Shown here: positions 29,994 to 43,436 of the stretch, in pieces | How the letters are laid out: each line of letters starts with the position of its first letter | How positions within the stretch are numbered: position 1 is the first letter of the stretch | Assembly: GCA_965112735.1 (NCBI GenBank) | Contig: OZ218961.1 | Location: 186,001-250,000 of the forward strand | Reading direction: 5' to 3' | Length of the DNA: 64,000 nt | From: Phaeosaccion multiseriatum | Taxonomy: Eukaryota > Protista > Ochrophyta, other classes | Translations under genes and position numbers: made by a program | The notes under the pieces: model-generated | The model's input: the letters and a program-made list of their open reading frames with translations, nothing else | What the model was told of the DNA's origin: nothing | Database searches by the model: none

Positions 29994-32900
29994 ACAAACA
30001 AACAACACAAGCGGCGGCAGGAGCAGCGGAGAGGAGAAAAGAGGAGGGTGAGGGTAAGTGGTGAGGTCACCAGGCAAGAGGAGGGTGAGGGTAAGTGGTG
30101 AGGTCACCAGGCAAGAGGAGGGTGAGGGTAAGGGTGAGGTCACCAGGCAAACAAGCAGCAGCACGAGGGGGAGGGACACACGGAAGGCAGGGAGCTGGAG
30201 AGTGCTGCATGCAAAGGGCTGGGACGGCAGTGGATGGGTGTGGCTGCTGCTCGTGGCGGGTGAGTCCCTCCCTCCCTCCCCTCCCTGTCTATCTCACTCC
30301 CTCACTGTGGCAATTCGCTGACTACCTCACTCCACTCCACTCACCTGTGCCCACGTGATGGCACCACGCACCAGCCCCCCGAAGAAGAGCACGTGTTGTT
30401 CATTGTGGGGCAGAGCGAACCTCTTGGGCATGAACAGCCAACCTTGAGGGGGGGGCAGGCATACGGGTAAGTAGCCTCCGGGCAAGGAAGGAAGGAAGGA
30501 AGGAAGGGGCAAACGCTCTCCTCTGCTCTGTAACCCCCTTGTTGCTCTCGACTCCCCGCACCACACCTATATGCCTATATGCCTTTTGTATGTGTATCTC
30601 TGTCTCCGTCTCTCCGTCCCTCCCTGTTGTGTCTCTCACACACACGCACACACGCACACACGCACACACGCACACACGCACACACGCACCGAAGAAGCAG
30701 ATACCGTACACTGCGATGCCTCGTGCGGCCATGAGCACCACAATCATGGCCGCGATGAAGCCCCAGCACCACTGCGCAGAGTTGAAGTCGTGCACACTCA
30801 AACCGATGGCCGTGAAGCAGTACGCCTGATGGGGAGGAGAGCGGGAGGAGGGAGGGAGGGAGGGAGGGAGGGAGGGAAAGGGGGGGGGGGGTCAAGTGGT
30901 TCTGTCTCGTTTTTAATGGGACGAGGAGTAGCGCAAAGCGAAAAAAAGGCAGGGAGGAGACGGACCAGAGCAGAGCCCATACGCCTCTAATAACCCTCTC
31001 GTATGCCGCCCCCTCGGGTCGGGTGCGTCCCTGCGGTGCTCTACATCCACGCCGCCGTTCTGTTGAGCTGGGCCTTCCGTGATATACATATCCTCGACTT
31101 TCCTTCACATGGCCCTGTTTCGACCTCGGTCTCTCATGCCGGCTACCTCGACATTGCGTCATGTCGAGCTCCTCGACATTCCTCTGTTGAACACCTTACC
31201 TCGGCCACCATTGATAGCGTTTCGGAAGTGATCTTGGATGTCGTCCTGGCCTCGGGACCGAGGGAGTGCCTGGGGGGGGGGGGGTTGCAGTGGGTGGCAG
31301 TGGATGGTAGTGGATGTCAGTGGATGGCAGTGGATGGCAGTTTTTAACAGTTGATAAACGGGGAGAAGCGGAGGGGGCAATTGGCATTGGTACGGACATG
31401 GATGTACATCATAGTCAAGAGAGGGAGGGTGCAGAGAGAGGAAGTGGGTGGCAGGGGATGGCAGTGGATGCCAATGGATGCCAGGCGATGGCAAAGGATG
31501 GCAGTGGATGGCAGTGGATACCCTAACTCACCAGGCGTAGTGCGAGAGGGTGAGGCCGGTGAAGAACACTCCGAGGATGCCCGACAATTCAAAGGCCTCA
31601 GACACCGAGAAGGAGAAGTACCCGCCCAGGATGAGTATGGCAGTCTATGGAGGAGGGAAGAAGGAAGAGGGAAGGGAGGGAGGGAGGAAGGGAGGGCGGG
31701 AGGGAGGGCGTCACAAGAGTTGTGCAGGGCGTCCATTCACTATCAACTCAAACTCACACTGATCCAGCCCCATACTGTCTTTCCTCCCCTGCCCATATAC
31801 CTCCACCCAGTGCCCACCTGACGAACAGGGCTCTCTCTGAGCGAAGGCAAAATCACGAGCAGCCTGCCGATGAAGAGAGGGGGTGGATGGCGGTGGATGG
31901 CAGTGGATGGCAGTGAATGGGGATGGATGGCAGTGAGGGCGGACATAGTTTCACTATGGATGGCAGTGGATGGCGGTGGAGAGTACACACACACACGCAT
32001 GTGGGCGTCTCGCTTCTCCACACCCCTTCTCTATTCCACCCCCTCCCCATCCCATCCCCTTACCTAGACACAAGCAGCCCAATGCCACACCCCACAACAA
32101 CGGCCATGAAGAGGACGTACAGCGCTGCCACAGCGATTGACAGCGCTCGAATGGAATGGCCCCCTCCCCCTCCCTTCCCTCCCTCGTCGTCGTCGGAGTT
32201 CTGCACAGCATGAAACAGCAAGATACTCATCGCGTCGTTCAGGACTCCCTCGCCTGGCGGATGGCAATGGATGGGGGGATGGCAGGGTGAGGGAGTGAGT
32301 GGGTGGGTGAGTGGGCGTGTGAGGAGCGAGGGAGAGAGCGAGTGGGTGGGCGTTTTTGTTAAGTGTGTTCTAATGTGGTTGAGTGAATGAGTTGAGTGAG
32401 TGAGTGAGTGAGTGAGTGAGCGGATTTCATTCGTCGTTCGTGCGTGTGAGGAGTGAGGGGAGAAAGAAGAATAAGCTCTCGCTCGTGCGAATACACGCCA
32501 CAGCCCACACACACACACCCACCCATCCCCCCTCCCCCTCTCTCCTCTCCCCAACCACCTACCGAAGAGCACAGCGGAAAGCTTGGGGAACTCTGCCTGC
32601 TTGATAAGAGAGAGCGTGGCCACTTCGTCCGCGGCGCTGAAGGTGGAGGCCACAAGCATGCTCTCGTGTACGGTGAGGCCAAGCGTTACACCGTCGTCGG
32701 ATACGAGGTTCAGCTGGGCAGGGGAGGGAGGGGAGGGGGGGATGGCAAGGGGATGGCAAGGGGATGGCAGTGGATATCAGTTGGAGGGCGATTGGCTTGT
32801 GGGCTGTGAAGTGAGTGTGTGGTAGTCGGAAGAGAAAAAGGTTGGAGAGAAACCACACCACCACCAGCGCCGCCACCTGCCCCCCCCCACCGACACACTT

Positions 32901-35351
32901 ACGCGCACACACACATACATATTGTGACCCACACAGCCACGCACCCACCCACACCCGGACCCACCCATTTACTTACCCTCCCTATACACACACGCACACA
33001 CAATTACTTATCGACCCACCCACACCCTCACACTCTCCCTCCCTCTCTTGCCCTCTCTCTTTCTCTCTCTCTACCCTGCATTGACCCACCAACCCACGCA
33101 CACACACTCTCTCTTCCACTTACCCATCTACCCCCGCCCCTCCACACACACACACACACACCCCTTCGTTCATTGTTGTTTCATTGACTTACCCACTGGC
33201 AGCCGCTGATGTTATAGGCCAGCACTGTGATGACTAGGAACTGAATGACAGTGCCCAGGAAGCCAAAGCAGAAGATGTAGTGCACGTAGCGGAAGAAGTT
33301 GCGGTGCTGCATCGGGGGGGGGGGGGGTGGCAGTGGATGGAAGAGGAAGAGGAGGAGGAGGGGAGGGGGGGGGGATAAGCTTGAACCTGATCAATTGACT
33401 AAAGTGCAGTAGATGGCAGCAGATGGTCAGAGTTGAGAGCACACCTAGAGCAAACCCCCCCAAGTTAGCGCAGCGCAGCCCCTCTAACCTTGAGGTCGAA
33501 CCCCTGGTGGAAGATGATGGGAGGCAGCACCATGTAAAAGAAGCTGTCAGCGTCGAAGTCAAAGGCCTGCCCCGCCCCTCCGTAGTTCAGCATCAGACCC
33601 ACGGCCAGCCCTGTGAGGGAGTGGGTTGGTGAGTTGGTAGTACACAGGGAGGGAGGGAGTGAGTGAGTGAGTGAGGGAGTGAGTGGGTGGATGAGAGAGC
33701 AAGTGAGTGAGTGAGTGAGGGAGGGAGGGAGGGAGTGAGTGAATGAGTGAGTGGTGGGTAAGAGAGTAAGTGAGTGAGTGAGTGAGTGAGTGAGTGAGTG
33801 AGTGAGGTGGTGGGGGGGGTTTATCAGGGTGGGGGTAAGAGGGAGGGATGGAAGAGTATTGGAGGGGAGGGAAGGGAGGGGAAGGGAGGGAAGGAGGGAG
33901 AGGACGGAGGGGGAGGGGGCAGGGAAGGGAGAGGAGGGGAGGGAAGGAGGGGAGGAGAGTGCAATAAGTCCTTCCCTCCGCCCAAAAGAGGACAGCAACG
34001 AGGGTAGCCACACCCACTAAGAAGCTCTACACACCCAACCCAACGCAACCCACGCTATGCCAACACCAGAACAGAAAGAGACGCGCCTCATAGCGGCAGA
34101 TTCAACACCACTGGGGGAATGCATAGGGTGCCATCTGCCCTGCCTTCTCCCTGGTCCTTATCCTCCTCCTCCTCCTCCTCCTCCTCCTCCTCATCCTCCT
34201 CCTCGTCCTCGTCCTCCTCCTCCTCCTCCTTCTCCTTCTCCTCCTCCTCCTCCTCCTCCTCCTCCTCCTCCTCCTCGTCTTCCTCCTCCTCTTCTAACAC
34301 TACTACGACTACTACTACGACTCCCCCCCCACCTCCGCCCTCCGCCCTCCCCCACCCCCCGTCCCTCTCCCCCCCCAACCCACATCCACTGCCATCCCCA
34401 CCCTCCTCACCGAGGAGCACTGCCGGCGCGCTCTCGTGAAAGGTGCAAGGAGTCTTGACCTGCACGGCCTCCACATCCTCCTGAGAGACCGGTGCCCAAC
34501 CCTCGAAGACGATCTTCCCGCCCTCCTGAGTGGAGTAGACGGGGTTGTGGTGGAGGCTGGTGATGCTCTCCTCTCGCTGCTGCTCCTTCTGATCCGTCTT
34601 CCACTTCTCCAACGTGTGGCCTAGTACCACATAGAGGAGGAGGATAAGCACGGCGAGAGGCACCTCGAGCTGGTGCTTGAAGTTGTCGTCCAGCGAGGTA
34701 CCGTCGTCGAAGTCAGGGCTGGCGGAGGCGGAGGAGGGGAGGGAGGCGGCGGAGGAGGAGGCCTGGGGGAGTGGCTGGGTGGAGGACGGGGGAGAGGTGT
34801 GTGCAAGGAGAACGGGGGGGGGGGAGCGGGGCAGCAGTGAGGGGTGGGTGTGGTATGGAGCTCACAACCCTTCAAGACACACCCCCGAATTCTTCGCGAG
34901 ATTTCCCGTTTCCGGAGCTGTGGGCAGCTTTCTTTGCGCAGGTATGGCTAGCTCTCTCTTCCCTGCCATCCCTTTACCCACCTGCAGCCCACCCCACCCA
35001 ATCCGGTTTTTGGCCGCTGTTCCCCCCAAACTTGGATATCGAAAATCTGCGCGCGTATCTCTCAGAAGAGTTTTCGGCAGAGGCCCGGCGAGCAGATCGC
35101 CTCCTCCCTCCACCCCTCACCCCCCGCCATCCTGTTCCTACTCTTCCTCGCAGCCCTCACCTCTCCTCGCCCCGTTCCCCCCACGCCACCTCTCTTCTCC
35201 CTCCCACAAACACAACAACCAACCACATACTCACCCCTCCCTCCACAATGGCATGCCCGGCTGGGTCTCCTACCGAGACGTCTCCTCCTCCGGACTCAGC
35301 CGCATGCGCGGACAGCATCCGCAGCCCTTCTCGAAGCGCTTCAGCGGCCAT
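27468..35351 (-). CDS. Na+(K+)/H+ exchanger, CPA1 (NHX/NHE) family
   Basis: Spliced motifs: HESAPAVLLGLAVG, FFYMVLPPIIFHQGF, NFFRY...FGFLGT, FSAADEVATL, LFGEGVLNDAMSILLF, LSGILGVFFTGLTLSHYAW, GGLVRGAI, tail WVWLDNKYMKPLFGG. First exon ~35235-35351 joins 34411-34762 in phase 0. The 3' end is uncertain. Confidence 0.9.
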
Positions 35352-35505
35352 GGCGCCCCGTCCCTTCTTTTCGAAGGTGTGAATCAGCCAAGAAAGACGA
35401 GAAGAAGCACCAACACGCTAAGCCACAGATGGCAACCCATCCAACGCCTCCTTTCTCCCTTCCCTGATACGCCCTAACGCCCTAGAGAGTGGAGTGGAGA
35501 GGGCG

Positions 35506-38500
35506 ATGCAGTTAACGTGGGCCGTATGCGTGGTCGTGGCACTGCAGTGGCTCAGCTGCGCAGTGCAGGCGTTCACCGCCGTGCCGATTGCGGGCTGTCG
35601 TGCGTGCCCGCGGCAACACCAGGAGCAGGAGCAGGAGCAAGGAGACCGGGGAGGGGGGCAAGAAGAAGCTGGGGGTGGCTACTTGTGCAGATATCGGGCG
35701 CCGAGAGGACCGGCGACGCGACTGCACCTGGCGAAGAAGAACGGATACGCCCCGAAGCAGAAGGGCATTCGAGTTGAAGTGGATGACGCCGAGAGCGAGG
35801 CGTGGAAGTGAGTGAGTGAGCACGACCCCGCGGCCTTTTTTTTGCGTACATGCAGGAGCCACTGGGTCGACGCTCTGTGCGGCTCGATAGATGCCTTCTT
35901 TCCGGCCTCTCTGTTGTGCGGCTGCGCTTGTGAAGACAGAGTCAACAACGACACGCCTCGTCCATGTTTGTGTGTGTGCGTGTGTGCATGTGTGCCACAG
36001 ACTTGCTCCCATCCTGGAGGCGATCCGGAACGGGGGCGTAGGCATTATTCCAACGGAAACATGCTACGTATTCGCCACCGACCTGCACAGCAGACAAGGT
36101 GAGGACGTGGTGTGTAATTAAGTCGCATCCACGAGCGGCAGGGGGCAGCGATAGACGAGCTCCTACATCGACGAGCGGCACAGCGACGCGCGCCGGAAAG
36201 TGTGCCTGGGTGCGGAAGTGCAACCCTTGCCACCAGGTGCTGTGCCTGACGCCTGTGGCACGGTGCATCACCAACTATCGTCGCGGTACTCTCTACTCAC
36301 TCCACCGTTCCCCAGCACCCACTCCACTCTCTCCACTAGAGTCCCCCCCCCCCCCTCTCGTCTTCGCCCTGCGATGGCGACGCCCAGCAACCACCCGCTC
36401 GGCTCTGACTCTGCTGTCCTCTTCACCCCCTCCTCCCCTCCGCTCTCACCTCCTCTCTCCTCTCCTCTCCTCTCCTCTCCTCTCCTCTCCTCTCCTCTCC
36501 TCTCCTCTCCTCTACCCTACCCTACCCTACTCTACCCTACCCCACTCTCCTCTCTTCTACCTTTCCCCGCTCTTCTCCTCTTCACTCCTCTACCCTACTC
36601 TCCTCTCCTCTCTTCTCTTTCCTCTCCTCTTCCCAACCCCACTCTCCTCTCCTCTCCTTTACCCTACTCTCCTCTTCTCTCCTCTCCACTCCTTTGCTCT
36701 ACACCCATATGCCTCCATCCCCCCCTCCTCCCTCTGCCCTCCTCTGCCCTCCTCTCCCCTCCCTTCCCTTCCCAGGGGTGGACCGCATCTTCTCTCTGAA
36801 GAACATGGTTGGGCAGAAGAAGCCCCTCAGTCTGTTGTGCAAGGACATCAGCACCATAGCGCACTACACATCGGGTGAGACATAGAGCAGAGAGAGACAA
36901 GAGACAAGAGAGAGAAAGAGAAAGTGAGAGACTGAGTGAAAGAGAACGACAGCAGAGAGACAGAAGAGAGACTTAAGTAATCCTAACCATTCACTGCCAT
37001 CCCCCTCAAACACTGTCCCTTAGCCTTACCCTCCACTGCCATCCCCCCACCCCCAGGGCTGAAGAACAAGGCCACTTTCAAGACTCTGAAAGCCCTCCTC
37101 CCCGGCCCGTACACCTTCGTGCTCCTCTCCACCAGCGCTGTGCCCAAGGTGCTGCTCGAGCACAAGACGCACAAGAAGGTCCGTATTTGCGTGTGTGTGT
37201 ACGTGTGTATGTGTATGTGTGTGCTGTATGTGTGTGTATGTATGTGTGTATGTATGTGTGTGTACGTGTGCGTGTGTGTGTGCGCGCGCAATCGCGTCTG
37301 TGTGTCTGTGTCGTTTATTGGGTTTCTGACGCCACGCCCCCCCCCCCCAACCTTGCCCCCTACCCCCTGCCCCCCTCCTTCCTTCTCCTCCTCCTCCTCC
37401 TCCTCCTCCTCCTCCTCCTCCTCCTCCTCCTCCTCCCTCCCTCCCTCCGTCCCTCCCTCCTTGCCTGTTGAGCCGCCCCAGGCATGGAAGCGGAGGGAAA
37501 TTGGGGTACGTATACCCAACCACCCCGTCCTTCTCGAGCTGCTGAAGGAGCTGGATGGGTGAGTGGACAGAGAGGAGATAGGGAGGGGCGAGGAGGATTC
37601 CGAGTCGTGGTTGATAGCTGGGGCTAGCACATCCCCCGAGTAAGGATTGCAAGTTAAACTGCCCCTCCCCCTTCCCCTACTCTCACTTCTCATCCTCTCC
37701 CCCCCCCCTCGCCTCCCTGACCCCCCTGTGTCCTGACACCCCCGACATTCCCTGTCCTGACACCCCTGACATTCCCTGTCCTGACACCCCTGACTTCTCT
37801 CCCCGACCCCCCGATCCGATACAGACCGTTGCTGTGCAGTAGCGTACCGGTGGAGTGTGAGGAGGAGGAGGGCGAGTGGGGTTTGACAGGGGGGGGCGGA
37901 GAGGAAGGCGTAAGGTGAGGGAGGAGCGGAGAGGCGGAGAGAGAGAGAGAGAGAGAGAGCGGCAGAGAGGAGAAGGGAGGAGGAGAGAGAGGGAGAGGGA
38001 GAGAGAGGCGGAGAGAGAGATGAAGAGAGAGCGGCAGAGAGGAGAAGGGAGGAGGAGAGAGAGGGAGAGGGAGAGAGAGGCGGAGAGAGAGATGAAGAGA
38101 GAGCGGCAGAGAGGAGAAGGGAGGAGGAGAGAGATCAGAGAGAAGGGAGGGCGGAGAGGAGTAGAGAGAGAAGTAGAGAGAGGGGAGAGGAGTAGAGAGA
38201 GAAGTAGAGAGAGGGGAGCGTGGAGAGGAGCGGAGTAAGAGGCAGAGAGGAGCAGGAAGGGGTGGAGAGGAGTGGAAAGGCGCAGAAAGGGGTGAGTCAT
38301 TCTTTCTCGCATCTTGAATCTTGAACAGCTCCACGAACGACCAACATGCGCACGCATCATCCACTGCCTTCTCCCCCTTTCCCCGTCCACTGCCATCCCC
38401 CTCCCTTCCTGTCCACTGCCATCCCCATCCCTTCCCATCCACTGCCATCCCCCCTTCCCAGCCGCGTAATGCTCAGCAGCTCCGACGGTGGTATGGACCT

Positions 38501-38888
38501 CTATCTCGAGGGGAGGGGGGGGGATGGCAGTGGAGGGGGGAGGGAGGGGGATGGCAGTGGATGCGGAGGGGTGGACTTTGTGCTCGACGCAGGGCCCATT
38601 CACTCCGGGGGAGGAGTCACTACTGTGCTGGTGAGTGTGTGTGTACGTGTATGTGTGTGTGCGTGTGTGTACGTGTATGTGTTTTTTTGTGCCTCTCTTA
38701 CTCGTGATGGTTCCCTCCCTCCTTCCCTCTCTCCCTCCCTCCGTCCGTCTGTCCGCCCCCCTCCCTCCCCCACCTACTAACCCCCCCAGGACGCCACCGG
38801 CCCCAACATGGTGCTGCTCAGACAAGGCCTGGGGGAGGTGGATAGGGACGTTGTGCTCACGAGGGAGGAAGCCGACGCGGAAACCTGA
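35506..38888 (+). CDS. YrdC/Sua5-family (YciO-like) protein with bipartite plastid-targeting leader
   Basis: Leader MQLTWAVCVVVALQWLSCAVQA-FTAV; motifs GGVGIIPTETCY, KPLSLLC, LLPGPYTFVL, IGVRIPNHP, PLLCSS, VDFVLDAG, TTVLD...LLRQGLG; last exon 38790-38888. Confidence 0.88.
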
Positions 38889-39146
38889 CTTTTATATCAT
38901 TGACTTACTGGCCTTTTATTGACTTCCACCGGCCCCAACATGGTGCTGCTCAGACAAGGCCTGGGGGAGGTGGATAGGGACGTTGTGCTCACGAGGGAGG
39001 AAGCCGACGCGGAAACCTGACTTTTATATCATTGACTTACTGGCCTTTTATTGACTTCCACCGGCCCCAACATGGTGCTGCTCAGACAAGGCCTGGGGGA
39101 GGTGGATAGGGACGTTGTGCTCACGAGGGAGGAAGCCGACGCGGAA
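38794..39146. repeat. 132-bp tandem triplication of the last YciO-like exon plus 3' flank
   Basis: Copies start at 38794, 38926 and 39058; the third diverges after gacgcggaa. Confidence 0.95.
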
Positions 39147-39507
39147 CCCTGCCTTCCTTTTTTTTTTTTTGACTTATTGGGCTGAGCGGTCCCTGACACG
39201 ATATCCTGACACCTGATGATTGTCTCGCTTGGGGTCCCTGCCAGAGAGGGTGAGTCTTCAAGAGGGGTCTGACTGAGAGGCCAAGAGAAGGAGGGGGTCG
39301 GGAGGGAGGGAGGGAGGGAGGGAGGGAGGGAAGGAAGCAGTGGGCTTTGGCATTGGGCATTGGGTCAATACGCTGCCATAGTGCCTCACTTGGAGCAGGG
39401 CAGTCACTGGCATAGTGCCTCACTTGGAGCACAGCAGTCACTCACGCATGCGTGTTGAAGCAAAACGAGAACATTATTTTTATTTTTATTTTTTAAAGAG
39501 CAAGTAG

Positions 39508-42500
39508 TTAGATGCCGTGCTTCTTTCGCTTCTTCTTCTTGCTGCTGTTGCTGACTGCCGAGGAAGAAGCCTTGCCTGCCTTGCTGCTCTTACGCCGCTT
39601 GCGTGCCTTCTCCTTCTCCTTCTCCTTTCTCTTTTTCTTCTCCTTCTTGGCCTTCTTGCTCGGCCTACTGCTCCCCTCCGTCTCCGTCTCCTCCCTCCTG
39701 TGCTTGTGCCGCTGCCGCTTCCTGCCGCCCCTCTCTCGGATCCCCTCCCCCACCCCCTCCTCCTCCCCTCCCCTGCCACTGCTCTTCCTCCCCGCCTTCT
39801 CTTGGCCGCCCCTTGCCCCAACTGACAACGACGAGGATGACGAAGATGAGGAGGAGGATGAAGAATTAGACGAAGCCGAGCTGCTGCGTGACCTCCGCTT
39901 ATCGGCCTTCAATGACTTAGGGTCGCTCGACTCGTTTGCGTCCTTCGCCTCTCCCCATCTACCCTCCTGCCCCCTCTTCCTGCTTTTCCCAGTCGCCCCT
40001 CCTCCACCACCACCACCACCACCACCACCGGCACCACCGGCACCAGCGGCACCAGCGGCAATCGCCTCCTCCTTGCTGCCATTCTCCCGGATGAGGTGCG
40101 ACCACAGCGGCTGCTTCTCAGCACTGGATGATGACATACCCTCACCATCCACACGTGTTGGTGCACCGCCGCCAGCAGCGCCCGTGCCATTTGCAGCAGC
40201 GAGGGACGGAGGCGCGCGCGCGGCCGTTCGCGGCAGTCGATGAGCAGCACCAACGGAGGAGTGCCTGATGTCCTTGCCGCCGACCTTCTCCCCCCCCTCC
40301 CCTTCCTCCTCCTCCTCGTCGTCGTCGTCGTCGTCGTCGTCGCCCTCGCTGTCGCTCTCGGAGTCGGGTTCAAAGATGCTTTGGAACAGGTCGATGGGCG
40401 GCTTCTCCTCCTCCTCCTCTTCCAGCGCTTCGTCCTCCTCCTCCTTCTCCGTCTTCTTCTCCCTCTCCTTCTCATCAACGTCCACTCGCCCTCTTTCCGC
40501 ACCACCACCTCCACTCGGACCCCCTCCCCCTCCACTGCCCCTTCCTACCGCAGTACCGCCTGCCCTTGACCCAAGCAATCCTCCCTCCGTTGACGACGAT
40601 GCCGAGGAAGAGCCAGAGCCCCGGGGGGGCAGGAAATTGCCTACATGCTTGGCGAAGGACTCCTTCTCCCTCTGCTGCGCCGCCTGCAACTGCTGCTTGC
40701 GGAAGCTCTCCACAAAGCCGCGCGACAGCTCCGGCACAGCCACGTTACAGCGTTTGCACAGCAGCGGGGCGGGGCGAAACAGCACTGACGTACGCACGGG
40801 CTTGGGCGCAGGCTCAGCCTCCTCCTCCTCCTCCTCCACCTCCTTCTCCTTTTTGCTCTTCTGACCGCCGGCAGCGCCATCTGTGAAGGAGGGTATCACA
40901 ACCCCTGCACGTCCCGCGCTGAGCCCCGCGGGCCTGCTGTCCACCTCGAGCAGCTTGCCCCGCCCCCCCTCCCCCGGCAGGCGCAGCCCTCCCTCCCCTG
41001 CCCCTGCTTCTGCCCCTCCAGTGCCATCCTTCTTCCCTCCCACCACGCCCCCCCCAACGAAGCGACTCGACATTGCCTCGCGCATCCCCTGCAGCGGAGC
41101 GCCGCTGAGCGCCGGCCCTTCTCTCTCCGGTTGTGCACCGGAGCCTCGACTCGGAAGCACACCTCCTCCTGCTCCTGTTCCTGCCGCTGCTGCATCACCA
41201 ACTGCTGCATCTGAGCTTCGCCCCACCGGCATGGGTTCCCCCATCAGTAGCGCTCGGTCAGAGGCCAGCAATCCCTGACCCTGACCCTGACCCTGACCCC
41301 GACCCTGCGCTGCTCCTCTCCGATAGGCAGGGGGTAGCGTGTCCTTCTCCGTGAAACGATGCACGAACCGCTCGGTAAAGCCCGGTGGCGGTGTGACGGG
41401 CGGCCAGAACTTCTTCCCCTGCTGCTGCTGAGCACCTCTGCTGCCATCTTTGCCCCCCCCCACCCCCCCCAGCACGAAGCCAGGCAGGGGAGGCCTCCCG
41501 TCAGACGGACACACGGCCACCCTCCTACTGCGCCGGCTCACTCGCCCTCCTTCCCCGTCGCTGGTGTCGTCGCTACCGCTACCGCTGCTGTTGTTGCCCA
41601 TATGCCTGTTCTGGTGCCCGGCTCGAACCAAGGCGGAGGTCCCGCTACCCTTCCTCCCCTGCGCCGCCCCCCCCGACCCTGGCAGCAACAGTAGGGGGCC
41701 CTTCTTCTTGCCCCTGCCATAAGATTGTTCTTCTCCTTCCTCCTCCTCCTCCTCTCCGCCGATGGCATGGTCGTACAGTTGGCTCTCCGCCCCCCCAGCC
41801 ATCTGTGACTCTTGCCCGTACACGTCATCCTCCGCATCGTCCAACACAAAGCCCTGCGTGCCCCTCCCCGCAGTCAGAGCGAGGCGATCGCCTTGCCCCG
41901 CCCCACCTCCTCTGCTCGGAAACCCCCCCCCTACGTCATCCATTCGATACACGCTAAGGTGCTTGCCCATTCTCGCCGCCCCCTGCTCTTTGGCGCGGCT
42001 ACGGGCAAGGGCAAACTCCGGCGCGGAGCTGTAGGGGTCGAATCCGATGCCGTACGTATCTTGCTTGGGCTCGGGCCTCTCCGCAAGCGCCTCGCTATTA
42101 TCTCTTGCAAAGGCCATGTACCGGTTGGTGGTATCGCTGTTGCCATTGCCACCACCGCCATCTGTGGAGGGATCGTCCATGACCTTCGCCAGGCTTTTCC
42201 GACTCACTCCAAGGGCCTCAAGCTTCTCTGGCGACATGAACGCCTCCACCTTCCTCCGCACGCGCGCGCCCACGCCTTGTCCCTCCTTCCACCCCATGGT
42301 GGCCAGCATCTGCTTGCCGATGGACTCGCCCACACCGGGCCCTGTCCCGAGCAACATCTCCCCCGGAAGCGGCCCCGGGATGATGGATCTTGACAAGCCG
42401 TCTCCCTGGCTCTCCTCCTCCGCCGCCCTTCTCCGCCGAGCAATGTCCTGCGCTGTGCTCCCGAGGGCGTCGAACTCCGCCTTGGCCTGGAGCGTGCCTC

Positions 42501-42687
42501 CGACCACGCCATCCTCGTCGTCGCCAATGTCTTCCGCAGTCACCTCCTTCCTCTCCGCGCGCTTTGACCTAGAGGAGGAGAAGGTGGCGGGCGTAAATCC
42601 CTCCGCGGAGCCCACAGTGTTATAGTAGCCCGCGCTGAAGCCGCCCGTAAAGGCCCCGTGGAAGCGCTCTGGCTTTCCCGAAGCCAT
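39508..42687 (-). CDS. GPATCH1: G-patch domain-containing protein 1
   Basis: RFHGAFTGGFSAGYYNTVGSAEGFTP..F.SSR, G-patch SIGKQMLATMGWKEGQGVG, GIGFDP, F.PAPLLCKRCNV, KPPIDLFQSIF; a short 5' exon upstream is possible. Confidence 0.92.
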   Translation of the reverse strand: MASGKPERFHGAFTGGFSAGYYNTVGSAEGFTPATFSSSRSKRAERKEVTAEDIGDDEDGVVGGTLQAKAEFDALGSTAQDIARRRRAAEEESQGDGLSRSIIPGPLPGEMLLGTGPGVGESIGKQMLATMGWKEGQGVGARVRRKVEAFMSPEKLEALGVSRKSLAKVMDDPSTDGGGGNGNSDTTNRYMAFARDNSEALAERPEPKQDTYGIGFDPYSSAPEFALARSRAKEQGAARMGKHLSVYRMDDVGGGFPSRGGGAGQGDRLALTAGRGTQGFVLDDAEDDVYGQESQMAGGAESQLYDHAIGGEEEEEEGEEQSYGRGKKKGPLLLLPGSGGAAQGRKGSGTSALVRAGHQNRHMGNNSSGSGSDDTSDGEGGRVSRRSRRVAVCPSDGRPPLPGFVLGGVGGGKDGSRGAQQQQGKKFWPPVTPPPGFTERFVHRFTEKDTLPPAYRRGAAQGRGQGQGQGQGLLASDRALLMGEPMPVGRSSDAAVGDAAAAGTGAGGGVLPSRGSGAQPEREGPALSGAPLQGMREAMSSRFVGGGVVGGKKDGTGGAEAGAGEGGLRLPGEGGRGKLLEVDSRPAGLSAGRAGVVIPSFTDGAAGGQKSKKEKEVEEEEEEAEPAPKPVRTSVLFRPAPLLCKRCNVAVPELSRGFVESFRKQQLQAAQQREKESFAKHVGNFLPPRGSGSSSASSSTEGGLLGSRAGGTAVGRGSGGGGGPSGGGGAERGRVDVDEKEREKKTEKEEEDEALEEEEEEKPPIDLFQSIFEPDSESDSEGDDDDDDDDEEEEEGEGGEKVGGKDIRHSSVGAAHRLPRTAARAPPSLAAANGTGAAGGGAPTRVDGEGMSSSSAEKQPLWSHLIRENGSKEEAIAAGAAGAGGAGGGGGGGGGGGATGKSRKRGQEGRWGEAKDANESSDPKSLKADKRRSRSSSASSNSSSSSSSSSSSSLSVGARGGQEKAGRKSSGRGGEEEGVGEGIRERGGRKRQRHKHRREETETEGSSRPSKKAKKEKKKRKEKEKEKARKRRKSSKAGKASSSAVSNSSKKKKRKKHGI

Positions 42688-43436
42688 GCTGACTGTCGCT
42701 GTCAGAGGAGGGAGGAGGAGAGGGAGGAGATGGAGGGGGGGGAGCTGGAGAGGGAGGAAGCCCGATCACCACAGCATGGTGAGTGGTATCCGAGACCGGC
42801 GCTGCTGAGTCTTTCTTGTTGGTATTGCCAGCTCCTGCTGCTTGTCTTCCCCTACCTCCGTTCGATCCCTCCCCTCTCTTCTACAACACAAACTTGTCTC
42901 CCCTTACATTCCTCACGCCCCTCTTCATCCCCTGAACCTGCCCTTTCCAAGCTATAGTCCAGGGTGGGAGAGATGGAGATCAAGAGGGGGTGGGGGAAGA
43001 TTGGGGGATGGAATGATGGATTGCGGGGGGGAGGGGAAAGCCATCTACTGCCATCGACCATTGGCGTTTCGAGTTTCCCCGCCTGCTTGCTTGCCCATTG
43101 CCGCTGCTCTGCGTGAGCTTTCCGAGAAGCGCTCAACATCAACAACGATAAGTAAGAAAGAGAGGGGGGGGGGGGTGCTGCTGCTGCTGCTGATTGTAGG
43201 AGGAGCTGAAGGGCTCACTTTCGAGGTTTCTTCAACGCTTCCTTTGGTCGGCCCACGACTGTGGGACAGGCAGGAGGACAGGGAGGTGCTGGGGACGGAC
43301 CTACAGCGTTTCGCACATACACTAGGTAGAAATTCTTGCAGCGACAGACGCCCCGGCATTGGGTAGGAGCGGCGGTGGCAGCAGCGAGGCCGGGGTCCGA
43401 GGCGGGCAGGCAACAACAAATCGTCACGCAGTCAGT

